From Octopus vulgaris (lineage: Eukaryota): a stretch of DNA of 64,000 bases. A program made the position numbers and the translations under genes. This document shows positions 1 to 11,550 of the stretch, piece by piece; positions within the stretch are counted from its first letter, which is position 1, and each line of letters opens with the position of its first letter. The stretch lies in assembly GCA_951406725.2 (NCBI GenBank), contig OX597816.1, forward strand, positions 14,818,001 through 14,882,000, given 5' to 3'. Below the pieces are notes generated by a model. The model saw nothing but the letters and a program-made list of their open reading frames with translations, was not told the origin of the DNA and searched no databases.

Positions 1-59
1 ATATATATATATACACACACCCACACATATTTGTGGGGGGGAGGGGCAGATGAGCAGGA

Positions 60-670
60 ACAATAAATACTAAGAACACAGGAAATAGATTTTCTCAAAT
101 ACTCAGGAGAATCCTTAGATGTAGTAGATAGATTCTGTTACCAAGGCAACCTAATTAGCATTGGAGGAAGCTCTAAAAGTATAGCTGCTAGAATAAGAAT
201 CATCTGGCGAAAATTCAGAGAATTACTACATCGCTTCTTTTGGTAACAAAAGACCTTTCTCTCAGAGTGAAAGGCAGTTTGTATGGAGTTTGTGTATGAA
301 CAGCAATGTTACATGGTTGCAGAACATGGGTTTGTGAATGCAGAAGACATGCGAAGGCTTGAAAGAAAGGAAGCTTGCATGCTCTACTGGATGTGCAATG
401 TTAGGGTCCATGTGTTTAGATATAGAACTGAAAGTACAAATATGTTGAGAGAAAAAAGTGGGCCACAATGGAAAGAAAAGACTGCATTGGTTTGGTTATG
501 TGATAAGTATGGAAGAGGGCAACTACATAAAAAAGTGATAGTCACTAAATGTGGATGGAACCTGTGGTAGACATGGGACACAGTGAAAGATGATTTGTGG
601 GTGCTGAGCCTCAAAGAGGAGATGATAAAGAAGCAGCAGTTTTGGTAATTTACTGTGCTGGAGAAGATTT
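60..670 (+). mobile_element. RTE-clade LINE, decayed ORF C-terminal region; 3' UTR probably resumes at 1445-1960
   Basis: Frameshifted translation gives ESLDVVDRFCYQGNLISIGGSSKSIAARIRIIWRKFRELL..LSLRVKGSLY..DMRRLERKEACMLYWMCNV, the typical post-RT region of RTE elements. Confidence 0.85.
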
Positions 671-984
671 GTCCATTTAAGCAAAAACAAGGCCCTAAAA
701 GCCTATCATATTTGTCTATGCCCCTTCATCCTATCTGTTCTTGGTGAATCTTTCCCCACCAATCCTTTCATCACTCTCCTGACTACTGCACTAATCATTC
801 AGCTGTTGTAATTATGTGGGAGCAGAACTACATATATTTCATCCCCCTGCCTCTCTACATTCCTGAAACCACTTCCTTTTTCTTGTGCATTCTCAATATC
901 ATCCATTACCACCTTTTCTACTTCCTTCTTTCCCCTGTATGGTCACCATAGGGTCTTGATCATATGCCACTGCCACCTTGAGGC

Positions 985-1443
985 CCAATGCTTGAATGGT
1001 GCATTTTATGTGCCACCAGCACAGGTGCCAGTCTGACGGCACTAGCATTGGCCATGACTACAATTTCATTCGGTTCAGTAGATCTTCATAAGGACAGCAT
1101 AACACCCAGCAACTCAAGGGTGCTTTTAACAGGCCAGTTAAACAACAATGGCATCGGCCATGACCATAGTCTCACTTGGCTTGACAGATCTTCTCAAGCA
1201 TGGCATATCTCCAATGATCTTTGGTCACGTGCCATTGCCTATGTGAGGCCCAACATTCAAAGATTGTGTTTCACAACCTAATTCCATGTCTTCCTGGGTC
1301 TGCCTCTGCCACAGGTTCCTTTCACCGTTATAGTGCAACACTTCTCCACACAGCTGTCCTCATGCATACGCATCACATGACCATACCGACGCAGTTGTTT
1401 CTCTTGTACACCACATCTGATGCTTCTTATGTCCAGCTGGGTG
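985..1443 (-). mobile_element. RTE-clade LINE 3' fragment (ORF end plus start of 3' UTR)
   Basis: ORF 1278-1484 contains LDIRSIRCGVQEKQLRRYGHVMRMHEDSCVEKC..GRGRPRKTWN, matching the RTE W(F/Y)GHVxR..RGRPxxxW motif. It runs into a GGCAC(G/A)TAAAA(A/T)GCACC module like those in the dispersed tails. Confidence 0.9.
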
Positions 1444-1964
1444 ATATTTAAAACTGACCACACCTCTACCCATGTCCACCACAATATATCTCCCTCTATC
1501 CATCTACCACTCCTGCCACACTCACAAACTCACTGAACTGCCCACACACTCTGTCCATCTTTTGGACCACTTCTCTTATATTCACTCCTTGTAACATGAG
1601 AGTGAAGGTGTGTCAGAACACACCTTCACCACCATCTTTGCTTTTTCAACAGGTGTAACTATGTATCACCCCTCCATTAAGACACCTGTTCCTGTCCTTT
1701 GATCATACTTTAACCTCTCGTTACCTGGCATAAAGCCACCTCTTTCAAAACTGCCATTATCCACTTAAAGGTTTTTTTATTGTGAATTACTTGGTGATGC
1801 CACGTAAAAAGCACCCAGAAATCTCTGTAGGGTGGTTAATATTAGGAAGGCATCCAACCACAGAAACTACATCAAAGTAGGCAATGTAGCTTGGTGCAAT
1901 CCTCACTGTAACTGTTCAACCTATGTGAGCATGAAATAAGGATGCTAAATGATGAAGATAATAT

Positions 1965-2213
1965 GTATATATATATACGTACATACATACAGACATACAT
2001 ACAAACATACATGCACACACATAGACATACATACATGCAAACATACAACACACATACAGACATACATACATATATACATATATATATATACACACACATA
2101 CATACACATATATATACATGCACATATAAATGTATATCTCACTGTCTCTCATATATATAAATGATGATTTCATTTGAATGAAACAGTTCTAGTCCTGTAG
2201 AAGCTCCTTCTAT

Positions 2214-2250
<37 letters not shown>

Positions 2251-2290
2251 TTGCATACATACATACTCCCACGTACACATACATACATAT
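1965..2290. repeat. (TA)/(CA)/(TACA) compound microsatellite
   Basis: Directly visible. Confidence 0.95.
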
Positions 2291-2540
2291 ATAAAGAGCA
2301 TTACTACACATAAATGCCTCATGCTATTAGGGACTCTTAAAGTCAAAACTACCATAACAAATTTATTATGGTAGCTTTGACTTTAAGAGTCCCTAATAGT
2401 GCAAGGTATTTTACATGTAGTGATGTCCTTAATATAAATAAATATATATTTAAAGGGAATACTTATAAATTTTTCCCTTATGAGGTTTTCATGCTGACTA
2501 CTTGATAAATTCATATAAAGATTTAATCCTATTTTAAACA
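2291..2540. mobile_element. Short palindromic element (hairpin of about 70-bp arms plus tail), possibly Penelope-type
   Basis: ctattagggactcttaaagtcaaaactaccataa pairs with ttatggtagctttgactttaagagtccctaatag, centred near 2361; flanked by TA-rich repeats. Confidence 0.55.
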
Positions 2541-2564
2541 TAATATACATATATAAATATATAT

Positions 2565-2882
2565 GGTGGTTGTCTACTCCTTATACAAAGTTTAACCACC
2601 TACTGTATCTACACCTTAGAACCATCATGGCATCTGATGTGGCTTTTTAAATGAGACAATGTTCTGAAAAGACACCCACATACATTGCATATCTGATTTG
2701 GACCACCAAGAGCTGCAGATAATTTCTGATCTTTGTGGATCTGAAAATGTCTTTTGAGGCCTCCGTTAGATTTGCAAACCGTCTGGCATACTTTGCATTC
2801 AAAGGTATGCAGAGATATATAGGCAGAATAGTTGGGGGATATTCATTTTCCATGGGTTCACAAATGAGATTTGAGCCCAGCA
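2565..2882 (-). pseudogene. Decayed tandem C2H2 zinc-finger coding segment, probably the C-terminus of an RTE-type LINE
   Basis: Minus-strand frame not in the ORF track: GLKSHL*THGK*..TFECKVCQTVCKSNGGLKRHFQIH..ICNVCGCLFRTLSHLKSHIRCH..* with stop at 2609-2611. It has in-frame stops, no TGEKP linkers, and a short 3' end running into (TA)n. Confidence 0.75.
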
Positions 2883-2929
2883 AACACATGCACATACACA
2901 TATATACATTATTTATACACATGCACAAC

Positions 2930-3330
2930 CAAATTCGATGACTGGCACCTGTGCCAGTGGAGCGCTAACAGCTCCATCAGAGCGGGATCACTGCCAGAGA
3001 AGCTCTCTGGCTTCCATGCCAGTGGCATGTAAAAAGCACCATTTGAGCGTGATCATTACCAGCGTTGCCTTACTGGCACTTGTGCTGGTGGCACGTGAAC
3101 AAAACATTCGAGCGAGGCCATTGCCAGTGCCGCCAGACTGGCCCCCGTGCCGATGGCACATAAAAGCACCCACTACACTCTCGGGGTGGTTGGCATTAGG
3201 AAGGGCATCCAGCTGTAGAAACTCTGCCAGATCAGGTTGGAGCCTGGCATAGCCATCTGGTTTGCCAGCCCTCAGTCAAATCTTCCAACCCATGCTAGCA
3301 TGGAAAGCAGACGTTAAACACTGATGATAC
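2930..3330 (+). mobile_element. RTE-derived 3' tail element (family R)
   Basis: gcacataaaagcacccactacactctcggggtggttggcattaggaagggcatccagctgtagaaac...catgctagcatggaaagcagacgttaaac followed by (GAT)n. Confidence 0.85.
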
Positions 3331-3615
3331 ACACACACACACAGACTAATCATTAACACATGAGAAAATAACAATGCAGTTAATGAACCAATCAACTCAA
3401 GTAAATTATCAACAACAAGAGACTAATGTATGCAATTCAAACACAGATGATCTCATCTGTCACAAAAATTTTTAAAAAAATGAAAAACAAACCAACATTG
3501 CACAGAATGAAAAAAAGAACGTTGGTTCAAAATTACCAATCACAAAGGAATTAGAAGCGCTAATGAAGCAATTCAGGAAAACTTACAGCATGCAGAAAAC
3601 AACCTAAATATTCAG

Positions 3616-3837
3616 CTAATATATCACAAGAATATTTCGTTTTGGGATTTGGTTTGCAAGATTCTTTATATGAGTTTGTGTGTTGAAACATATTCTGTTG
3701 TGTCTGGGGAGAGTCATTCTCTTTAGTGCCTTATTATTTAACACACTCACCGGTAAAATTTCCACTTTTTTCTTATTTTCATTTTCCTAAAATTTTCGTT
3801 GCGTCTTGCAACCTTTTCAATAGTCTTGACTATTGAG
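3616..3837 (-). mobile_element. Short element with hammerhead-like motif and terminal hairpin (Penelope-type, inferred)
   Basis: Terminal palindrome tcaatagtc-tt-gactattga; hammerhead-like motif at 3787-3823 on the minus strand. Confidence 0.5.
3787..3823 (-). ncRNA. Putative minimal type I hammerhead ribozyme variant (U3-A8)
   Basis: CTA-TTGAAAA-G-GTTGC-aagac-GCAAC-GAA-AA-TT-T-TAG: helix I CTA/TAG, helix II GTTGC/GCAAC, palindromic helix III. Confidence 0.45.
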
Positions 3838-3880
3838 ATCACTCTGTCAAATGTAATCCTATTTATACACTTTGTTTTGT

Positions 3881-4172
3881 CATCATCATCATCATCGTTT
3901 AACGTCTGCTTTCCAAGCTAGCATGGGTTGGACGATTTGACTGAGGACTGGCAAACCTGATGGCTGCACAAAACTCCAATCTGATCTGGCAGAGTTTCTA
4001 CAGCTGGATGCCCTTCCTAACGCCAACCACTCCAAGAGTGTAGTGGGTGCTTTTACATGCCACCAGCACGAGGACCAGTCAGGCAGTACTGGCAACAGCC
4101 TCACTCAAATGGTGCTTTTTATGTGCCACCTGCACAGGAGCCAGTCCAGCGGCACTGGCAACGACCTTGCTC
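3881..4172 (-). mobile_element. RTE-derived 3' tail element (family R)
   Basis: (CAT)n followed by gtttaacgtctgctttcc...cagctggatgcccttcctaacgccaaccactcc. Confidence 0.85.
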
Positions 4173-4177
4173 ATTAA

Positions 4178-4397
4178 CCCTTTCGTTACCAACCCAGCTG
4201 AAACCGGCTCTGGCTCTGAGTACAAACATCTTGTTTTCATGAGTTTTGAATTAAAATCTTCCACCAAACCTTAGTCACAATTTATGTTCCTAACACTAGC
4301 TGAATGATAACCAAATTATTTTACTAAATTCTTTGTTATATTTAAAGTAATTCAAAGAAACACAGAGCATCTCAAAATAAATACAGTAACGAAAGGG
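4178..4397. mobile_element. piggyBac-type MITE (family P1), intact
   Basis: TTAA|CCCTTTCGTTAC...GTAACGAAAGGG|TTAA: perfect terminal inverted repeats and TTAA target duplication. Confidence 0.9.
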
Positions 4398-4401
4398 TTA
4401 A

Positions 4402-4542
4402 TCATAAATTATTTTGTAGCTGAGATTTTGATGATGTAATTGTTTATTTGTAGAATGACATGGTAGGGTTAGTGTGAAAGGCAAGATCTGGCCAGTTTGA
4501 ATGTAAAACTGGATATGGCCGGTTTGAATGCTAAAGGGTTAA
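4402..4542. mobile_element. piggyBac-type MITE (family P2), right part; left part at about 3838-3880
   Basis: Ends in gaatgctaaagggttaa; matches the intact copy at 25971-26182. Confidence 0.7.
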
Positions 4543-4848
4543 GCAGACAAATCATGTTTGTATTTACATTGAAATGTTAAGATGTACACAGTGATGTTAT
4601 TATTTCAAAACAACAACAAAAAAAGAAACAAAATGAAAACAAAATTTAAAAAAACGTAAATATATAATAAACCATTCCATGGAAGAAAACACATTATGAC
4701 AACGAAGGAGGAGAAAAAAAATACAAAGATTCTGAGATTCTATTACATTATACATTTTCAAAGTAACAAACTAAATCATGATAGGAAAAGATACGAGAGA
4801 AATAAGAGAGAGAGAGAGAGGAACAGAGACACAAAGAAAAACTGAAGT

Positions 4849-4866
4849 TGTGTATGTGTGTAATTC

Positions 4867-4957
<91 letters not shown>

Positions 4958-4974
4958 GTGTATGTTTATGTGTA

Positions 4975-5050
<76 letters not shown>

Positions 5051-5108
5051 TGTGTGTGTTTGTGTGTGTGTATGTGTGTGTATGTGTTTGTGTGTGTGTG
5101 TGAGTGTG
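4849..5108. repeat. (GT)n microsatellite
   Basis: Directly visible. Confidence 0.97.
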
Positions 5109-5657
5109 CAACGCAGAAACCTAAAGTGTAAGAATTACTACAACAGCAGGAACAAGAATTTGCAGATTGCTTTCAGAGATTTGATAAAGACAAGCATGGT
5201 TGTGCGATTATGAAGTTTGCTTAGCGTCCAAATGGTTCCGGGTTCAGTACCATTGAGTGGCACGTTGGGCAACAGTCTTTTACTTACAGCCCCAGACAGA
5301 CCAAAGCCTTGCGAGTGAATCTGGTAGATGGAAACTGTGTGGAAGCCTTTTATGTGTTTGTGTGCATGTGTGTTTCAGTTTTCAACTTTTACTTATTTCA
5401 TTCATTAGACTGTAGCCATGCTGGAGCACTGCTTTGAAGAATTTTAATCGTGTTAATCAACCGCCCCCCCCCCACTGTACTTACTTATTTAAAGCCTGTT
5501 ATTTATTCTATCAGTCTCTTTTGCTGAATTGCTATGTTATGGGGATGTAAAAACACCAACACTATTGTTAAGGGGCAGTTGAGGACAGACAGACAGACAG
5601 ACACATACAAAGAGAGAGAGAGAAAAACACAAATGATGGGCTTCTTTCAGCTTCCTT

Positions 5658-6073
5658 ATTTCTTTATTGCCCACAGGGGGCTAAACATAGAGGGGACAAA
5701 CAAGGACAGACAAAGGGATTAAGTCAATTATTTCAACCCCAGTGTGTAACTGGTACTTAACTTATCAACCCTGAAAGGATGAAAGGCAAAGTCAACCTCG
5801 GCGGGATTTGAACTCAGAATGTAGCAGCAGATGAAATACCTATTTCTTTACTACCCACTAGGGGTTAAACACAGAGGAGACAGACAAGGACAGACAGATG
5901 GGTTAAGTTGATTATATCGACTCCAGTGTGTAACTGGTACTTATTTTATCGACACCCGAAAGGATGAAAGGCAAAGTTGACCTCGGCGGAATATGAACTC
6001 AGAATGTAATGGCAGACGAAATACAGCTACGCATTTTGCCCGGCGTGCTAACATTTCTGCCAGCTCGCTGCCT
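5658..6073 (-). mobile_element. tRNA-related SINE family B (Deu/Nin-like central domain), dimeric body
   Basis: Two tandem units with gcctttcatcctttcggggtcgataaattaagtaccag-type core and B-box-like gagttcaaat; single head aggcagcgagctggcagaaatgttagc. Confidence 0.85.
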
Positions 6074-6251
6074 TGTTTCAGTTTCCATCTACCAAAGTAC
6101 AGAGTGTAGGGGACTAGATACTTTTCTGTGGAACCAGCACTAATGAGATTGCCATGCAGCTACTGAAACTAAGATTGTCTTCAATTGAGAGAGGCTACAG
6201 TAAATAGAGAGATGGCTTTATGCCAAAAGATGAGAAGTTAAAGTAGGAAAG

Positions 6252-6694
6252 GTTGTTGCCAGTGCCGCTGGACTGGCTCCTGTGGCACGTAAAAAACACC
6301 TTTTGAGCATGGCCGTTGCCGGTACTACCTAACTGGCATGTAAAAAACACCTTTTGAGCATGGTCATTGCCAGTACCACCTAACTGGCCCCCGTGCCGGT
6401 GGCACGTAAAAGGCACCATTCGAACGAGGTCGTTGCCAGTGCCACTGGACTGGCTCCTGTGGCACATGAAAAAAACTCCTTTTGAGCATGGCTGTTGCCA
6501 ATACTACCTAACTGGCACCCCGTGATGGTGGCACGTAAAAAGCACCCACTACACTCTCAGAGTGGTTGGCGTTAGGAAGGGCATCCAGCTGTAGAAACTC
6601 TGCCAGATCAAGACTGGAACCTGGTGCAGCTATCTGGTTTGCCAGTCCTCAGTCAAATCGTCCAACCCATGCTAGCATGGAAAGCGGACATTAA

Positions 6695-6725
<31 letters not shown>
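6252..6725 (+). mobile_element. RTE-derived 3' tail element (family R) with five internal modules
   Basis: Repeated ggcacgtaaaa(a/g)(a/g)cacc modules, then the conserved tail and (GAT)n. Confidence 0.85.
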
Positions 6726-7254
6726 CTTGGTGTATGGTATCGTGCTCCACAATAACTGATGACGATAAACAACTTCAGCATATCGCCAGATCTAGAATAA
6801 ATGTAGTTAGATGGCAATTACATATATATTTGCAACGGTTTTCCTAAAGCTGACGACAATTATTTCTTTGAATCTAGCTTGTAATTCTACCATGTTTGAT
6901 TCCTTATTGAATTACTGAGCCGTAAAATTTTCTGCTTGAATTCTTGAATTGCAACTATCTAAATACACTATCATCTTTCTCGTGTCTGTCGTGTTTGGAA
7001 AGAGAATTGGTTTGCTTCACTCAACTATCTTTATTATGGGTAACAATCAATTGATATTTAAGTACTTGGAAACAACACCTACACACAATTTTAAACAGAA
7101 TCCGTTTCTAATAGTTCTGCTAGTTATTGAAACCTTAAAATGTTTTAGTTTCTCCAAAGTGCATGGCTTGTATTAACTTTCAGTAATAAATTTATATATC
7201 TTTTTACATTCTAAGTCCCTTCCTGTGTATTGTTCAGTCCTATTACTTTCAGTT

Positions 7255-7255
7255 C

Positions 7256-7322
<67 letters not shown>

Positions 7323-7338
7323 GGTGGTAGTAGTAGTG

Positions 7339-7418
<80 letters not shown>

Positions 7419-7524
7419 GGTAGTAGTATTGGTGGTAGTAGTGGTGGTGGTGGTGGTGGTGGTGGTGGTGGTGGTAGTAGTAGTAGTGGTGGTGGTGGTA
7501 GTGGTGGTAGTAGTAGTGGTGGTG

Positions 7525-7568
<44 letters not shown>

Positions 7569-7618
7569 TGCGGTGATAGTAGTAGTAGTAGTAGCAGTAG
7601 TGGTTGTGGTGGTGTTAG
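7255..7618. repeat. (GTA)n/(GTG)n compound trinucleotide microsatellite
   Basis: Directly visible; source of the poly-T, poly-V and poly-S/G ORFs. Confidence 0.97.
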
Positions 7619-8037
7619 TATATGAAAGGTGGGAGATGTGGTGATGGTGATTGCAAAGTATGTATATATATATTACATGTGTGTGTTTGTGTGGTGGTGG
7701 TGGTGGTGGGGTATATGTGTGTGTGTGAAGGTATATGACAGGTATATGTGTGTGTGTGTATGTGTGCGCGCATGTCTGAGCATGTGTGTGTCTGTGTGAA
7801 AGTATAGAACAAGTATGTGTGTGACGACATGTGACCAAGTGTGTTCTTAAGCAAAACACTTCACTTCACATCACTCCGTGGCTCTGTGATTACTTTGACA
7901 AACAACATGTTAGCACATTATACATTCATACAGACGATATCAATTTGATGGGGGGCGGGCGTGAGCTAATGGCAGGTAAAAACATTTGATCACTATAAAC
8001 AAATTATCAGTGCAAGAAATTGTGGGACTTCATAGAA

Positions 8038-8596
8038 CAGTGGTTGTCAGTCTTTTCTTAATATTCAAGCCAGACCCAAGGCCTGGATTTTTTGGTGGGG
8101 TCGGGGAGCCACACAAAAAATGGCCGGTGGCACGTAAAAAGCACCAACTAATCGTGACCGTTGCCAGCCTACCCTGGCACCTAAAAAAAAGCACCATCCA
8201 TATGTGGCTGATGCCAGCGCTGCCTTGACTGGCTTCCGTGCCGGTGGCACGTAAAAAGCACCAACCGATCATGGCCGTTGCCAGCCTACCCTGGCACCTG
8301 TGCCAGTGGCATGTAAAAAGCACTCACTACACTCACAGAGTGGTTGGCGTGTTAGGAAGGGCATCCAGCTGTAGAAACACTGCCAGATCAGACTGGAGGT
8401 TGGTGCAGCCTCCTGGCTTCCCAGACCCCGGTCAAACCGTCCAACCCATGCTAGCATGGAAAACGGATGTTAAACGATCATGATGATGATGTCAAAGAAA
8501 AATTATAATATTTATAAAGGGAAGACCATCAAGGGCCATTGGAAGGATGCTTGAGGGCCACAAGCAGCCCTGCAAAAATGTGGTTGAAAACCACTG
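8038..8596. mobile_element. hAT-type MITE interrupted by a family R tail (8123-8491)
   Basis: Termini cagtggttgtcagtc... and ...ggttgaaaaccactg resemble CAGTGGTT hAT ends. TSD is not clearly preserved. Confidence 0.55.
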
Positions 8597-8733
8597 CTCC
8601 AGCAGGATGAACCGAAATTGTAAAGAGATGTAAATACCACAAGGTACTTTGTTCAAACTCTCTCCTTTCTCTTATGAGCAAGATGGTAATTATGATAACA
8701 AGGAACAAAATAATGGTCAGCATTTATACTTAC

Positions 8734-8795
8734 TCTTCCTGGTTGTTCTTGTCCACATCTGTGGCATGAAGTTCAAAGACATCAGAAAAAATACC
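8734..8795 (-). CDS. Candidate 62-nt internal exon of an unidentified minus-strand gene (GIFSDVFELHATDVDKNNQE)
   Basis: Acceptor ttcttttcttttatttctag|G and donor GA|gtaagt, both near consensus. Two open frames; lies in non-repetitive sequence. Confidence 0.6.
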
Positions 8796-9007
8796 CTAGA
8801 AATAAAAGAAAAGAATTGGTATGAGAAAGCTGAGAAAGAAAACAAAATTCAAAGACAAATCAAAAAAGAAAAACAAAAGGGAAATGTTATATTTTTAAAT
8901 GGTGAGGTTTGTGTGTGTGTGAATATGTGAATATGTGGACAAGAACTGGGGCAGTTTGGCCAAATGGCTTATAAATTCAAAGTCACAGTAATGGGATGGA
9001 TTCATTC

Positions 9008-9110
9008 AATCCTGAAAAGAGGAGAGGTCGGTATAAAAGCCAAGCTTGTTATCTTCAATTCGGTTATTGAGCCAATCCTTATGTATGGTCATGGATGCTG
9101 GACAATGACC

Positions 9111-9156
<46 letters not shown>

Positions 9157-10020
9157 GAGATAGATAGATAGAGAGATAGATAGATAGAGTACAAATCTTT
9201 AAGAAAATAAACGTAAATACTGGTGTGAATTTCTTCGCCTTCAAGGTGATATCCCATTGTAGCTGCATCCCACTGACTTAGACAAATGAAGGATAAAGAT
9301 AAACTGTGGACATGCTGGGGCTCCACCATGAAAGGTGTTAGTTGAGCAAATCGATCCCAGGATTTATTTCTTTAAGTCTCGTACTGATTTTATCGGTCTT
9401 TTTTGCCGAATCGCTAAGTTACAGGGACATAAACACACCGAGCGGTGGTGTGGGACAAACATACATACACACACTCATAGATACATCGATATATAGAGCA
9501 GTCGTTTTTCTGTTTCCATCTACCAAATCCACTCACAAGGCTTTGGTCGGTCCAAGGCTACAGTAGAAGACACTCGCCCAAGGTGCCAGGTAGTGGGACT
9601 GAACCTGGAACCTGGTCATGGATGCTGGACAGTGACTGACAGAGTATGATCATGAATACAAGTGGCTCAAAAGGGCTTCCTCCAAAAGGACCTCTGGAGT
9701 AATGTTACTCAACAGGGTGCACAGCTCAGAGATCAGAGAGTCTCACCAGGTCAAGCCACTGCTTCTCCACACTGAAGGGTCACAACTCTGGTGCAACAGA
9801 CATGATTAGAATATCATGGGGAAGAATGCAAGGCAGATTCTTGATGCTGGGTCCACTGGCAGCGGACCCAGAGGGGGACAAAAACCAGAGGGTTGGATAA
9901 TATCCATAGTTATCAGTTGGTCATACTTAGGAATCCAGCCAGAAAGCATGACAGTTGCTTCTGCTAGGACCCTATGGCAGAGGTACATGAGGGCTCTACC
10001 TCCAGTACCCTCACAAGAAT
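9008..10020 (+). mobile_element. RTE (Expander/Rex3-like) LINE fragment split by a SINE and (GATA)n insertion
   Basis: KAKLVIFNSVIEPILMYGHGCWT..IQVAQKGFLQ..LLNRVHSSEIRESHQVKPLLLH..SWSYLGIQP. Confidence 0.8.
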
Positions 10021-10023
10021 AGC

Positions 10024-10362
10024 ATCATCATCATTATTTAACGTCTGCCTTCCATGCTAGCATGGGTTGGACGATTTTGACTGAGGGCTAGTGAACCACA
10101 TGGTCGCACCAGGCTCCAATCTTGATGTGACAGATTTTCTACAGCTGGATGCCCTTCCTAACGCCAACCACTCTGGGAGTGTAGTGGGTGCTTTTTACGT
10201 GCCACCGGCACGGGGCCAGTCAGGCAGTACTGGCAATGACCTCGCTCAAATCTTTTTACACATGCCACCGGCACAGGTGGCAGTAAGGCGACGTTGGTAA
10301 CGCTCGAATGGTGCCCTTTTATGTGCCACCGGCACAGAGCCAGTTGGCTGCTCTGGCAACGA
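10024..10362 (-). mobile_element. RTE-derived 3' tail element (family R)
   Basis: Matches the other family R copies. Confidence 0.85.
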
Positions 10363-11148
10363 GCAGACTGAGAAAATGGATAGAAGCACTGGTTTTCCTT
10401 TTTCTATGCATACAGAACCTTATGTGACTACTATTAGGTCTTTTGAGAGGAATGGTGAAGACAAAGTGTGTGAAACCTCTTCAGATGGCCCACATCTAAA
10501 ACTCTTTATCCCAAACTGGCCACAGTAGTAACAGGGACCTAACGTTTTGCATCTTCCTTTTTTTTTTTTTTTGCAGGACACCCAGGACAATGGGGAGGTT
10601 GTAGGTGGTTTCAGCCTCTCCACACATGGACACCTGGCTTAAATGGTTACAGTAGAGTGAACTTTCCTGAAGGTATCTAAAGTGTCAGCTGGTGCTGTTA
10701 AATCAAGCAGGGGACTAAGATCTCAGAATAAAAAGGACTGGAACATAAACTGATTTCCCCCCATAGCCTCTCCACCTGCAATCAATCACTGCTTTCATCC
10801 TTTGCTCTCTCTTTCTCAAGTGTGTCTCACTGCCCCCATCTTAATCCCTCCTTCCTTCAATCGACCCCTTTGGATTTCTCACCACCCTCACCTATTTCTT
10901 TCATGTTCCCTTCCAATCATACTTTCTGCCTACACTCACCCTTATAATATGGGAAAGTATTAGATCTCCCCTACATAATCCATTCAGTACCCTTACAACT
11001 ACCCCTGACACTAATCCCTTTCTCCTGTCCCTTACACACTCAATCTCTCTCTCTCTCTCTCTCTCTCCTTATAGTGTGAACTCTGTTCGTCTTTCCAATA
11101 CAGCACTCTCCCAATTATAAATCTGCTATCATAATATAATAGTCTGTC

Positions 11149-11550
11149 TAAGGCGGCAAGCTGGCAGAAACGTTAGCATGCTGGGCGAAATGCTTAGCAA
11201 TATTTTGTCTGCCGCTACGTTCTGAGTTCAAATTCTGCCGAGGTCGACTTTGCCTTTCATCCTTTCAGGGTCGATTAAATAAGTACCAGTTAAGCACTGG
11301 GGCTGATATAATCGATTTAATACTTTTGTCTGTCCTTGTTTGTCCTCTCTGTGTTTAGCCCCTTGTGGGTAGTAAAGAAATAGGTATTATGTCTGTCGTT
11401 ACGTTCTGAGTTCAAATACTGCTGTGGACGACTTTGCCATTCATCTTTTCGAACTCGATAAATTAAGTACCAGTTGCATACTGGGGTCGATCTAATCAAC
11501 TGAACCCTCCCACAAAATGTCAGGCCTTGTGCCTAGAGTACAAAAGAATA
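11149..11550 (+). mobile_element. SINE family B, dimeric body
   Basis: Head aaggcggcaagctggcagaaacgttagc plus two core units. Confidence 0.85.

Noticed and set aside
7173-7859. 228-aa Thr-rich mucin-like ORF, and similar poly-V, poly-H, CV and YI ORFs across the window
   Set aside because: These are translations of microsatellites that are open in several frames.
10540-10672. Plus-strand branch point, poly-T and CAG acceptor
   Set aside because: No strong downstream donor or recognisable peptide, and it is on the opposite strand to the better exon candidates. The same applies to the site near 62095.
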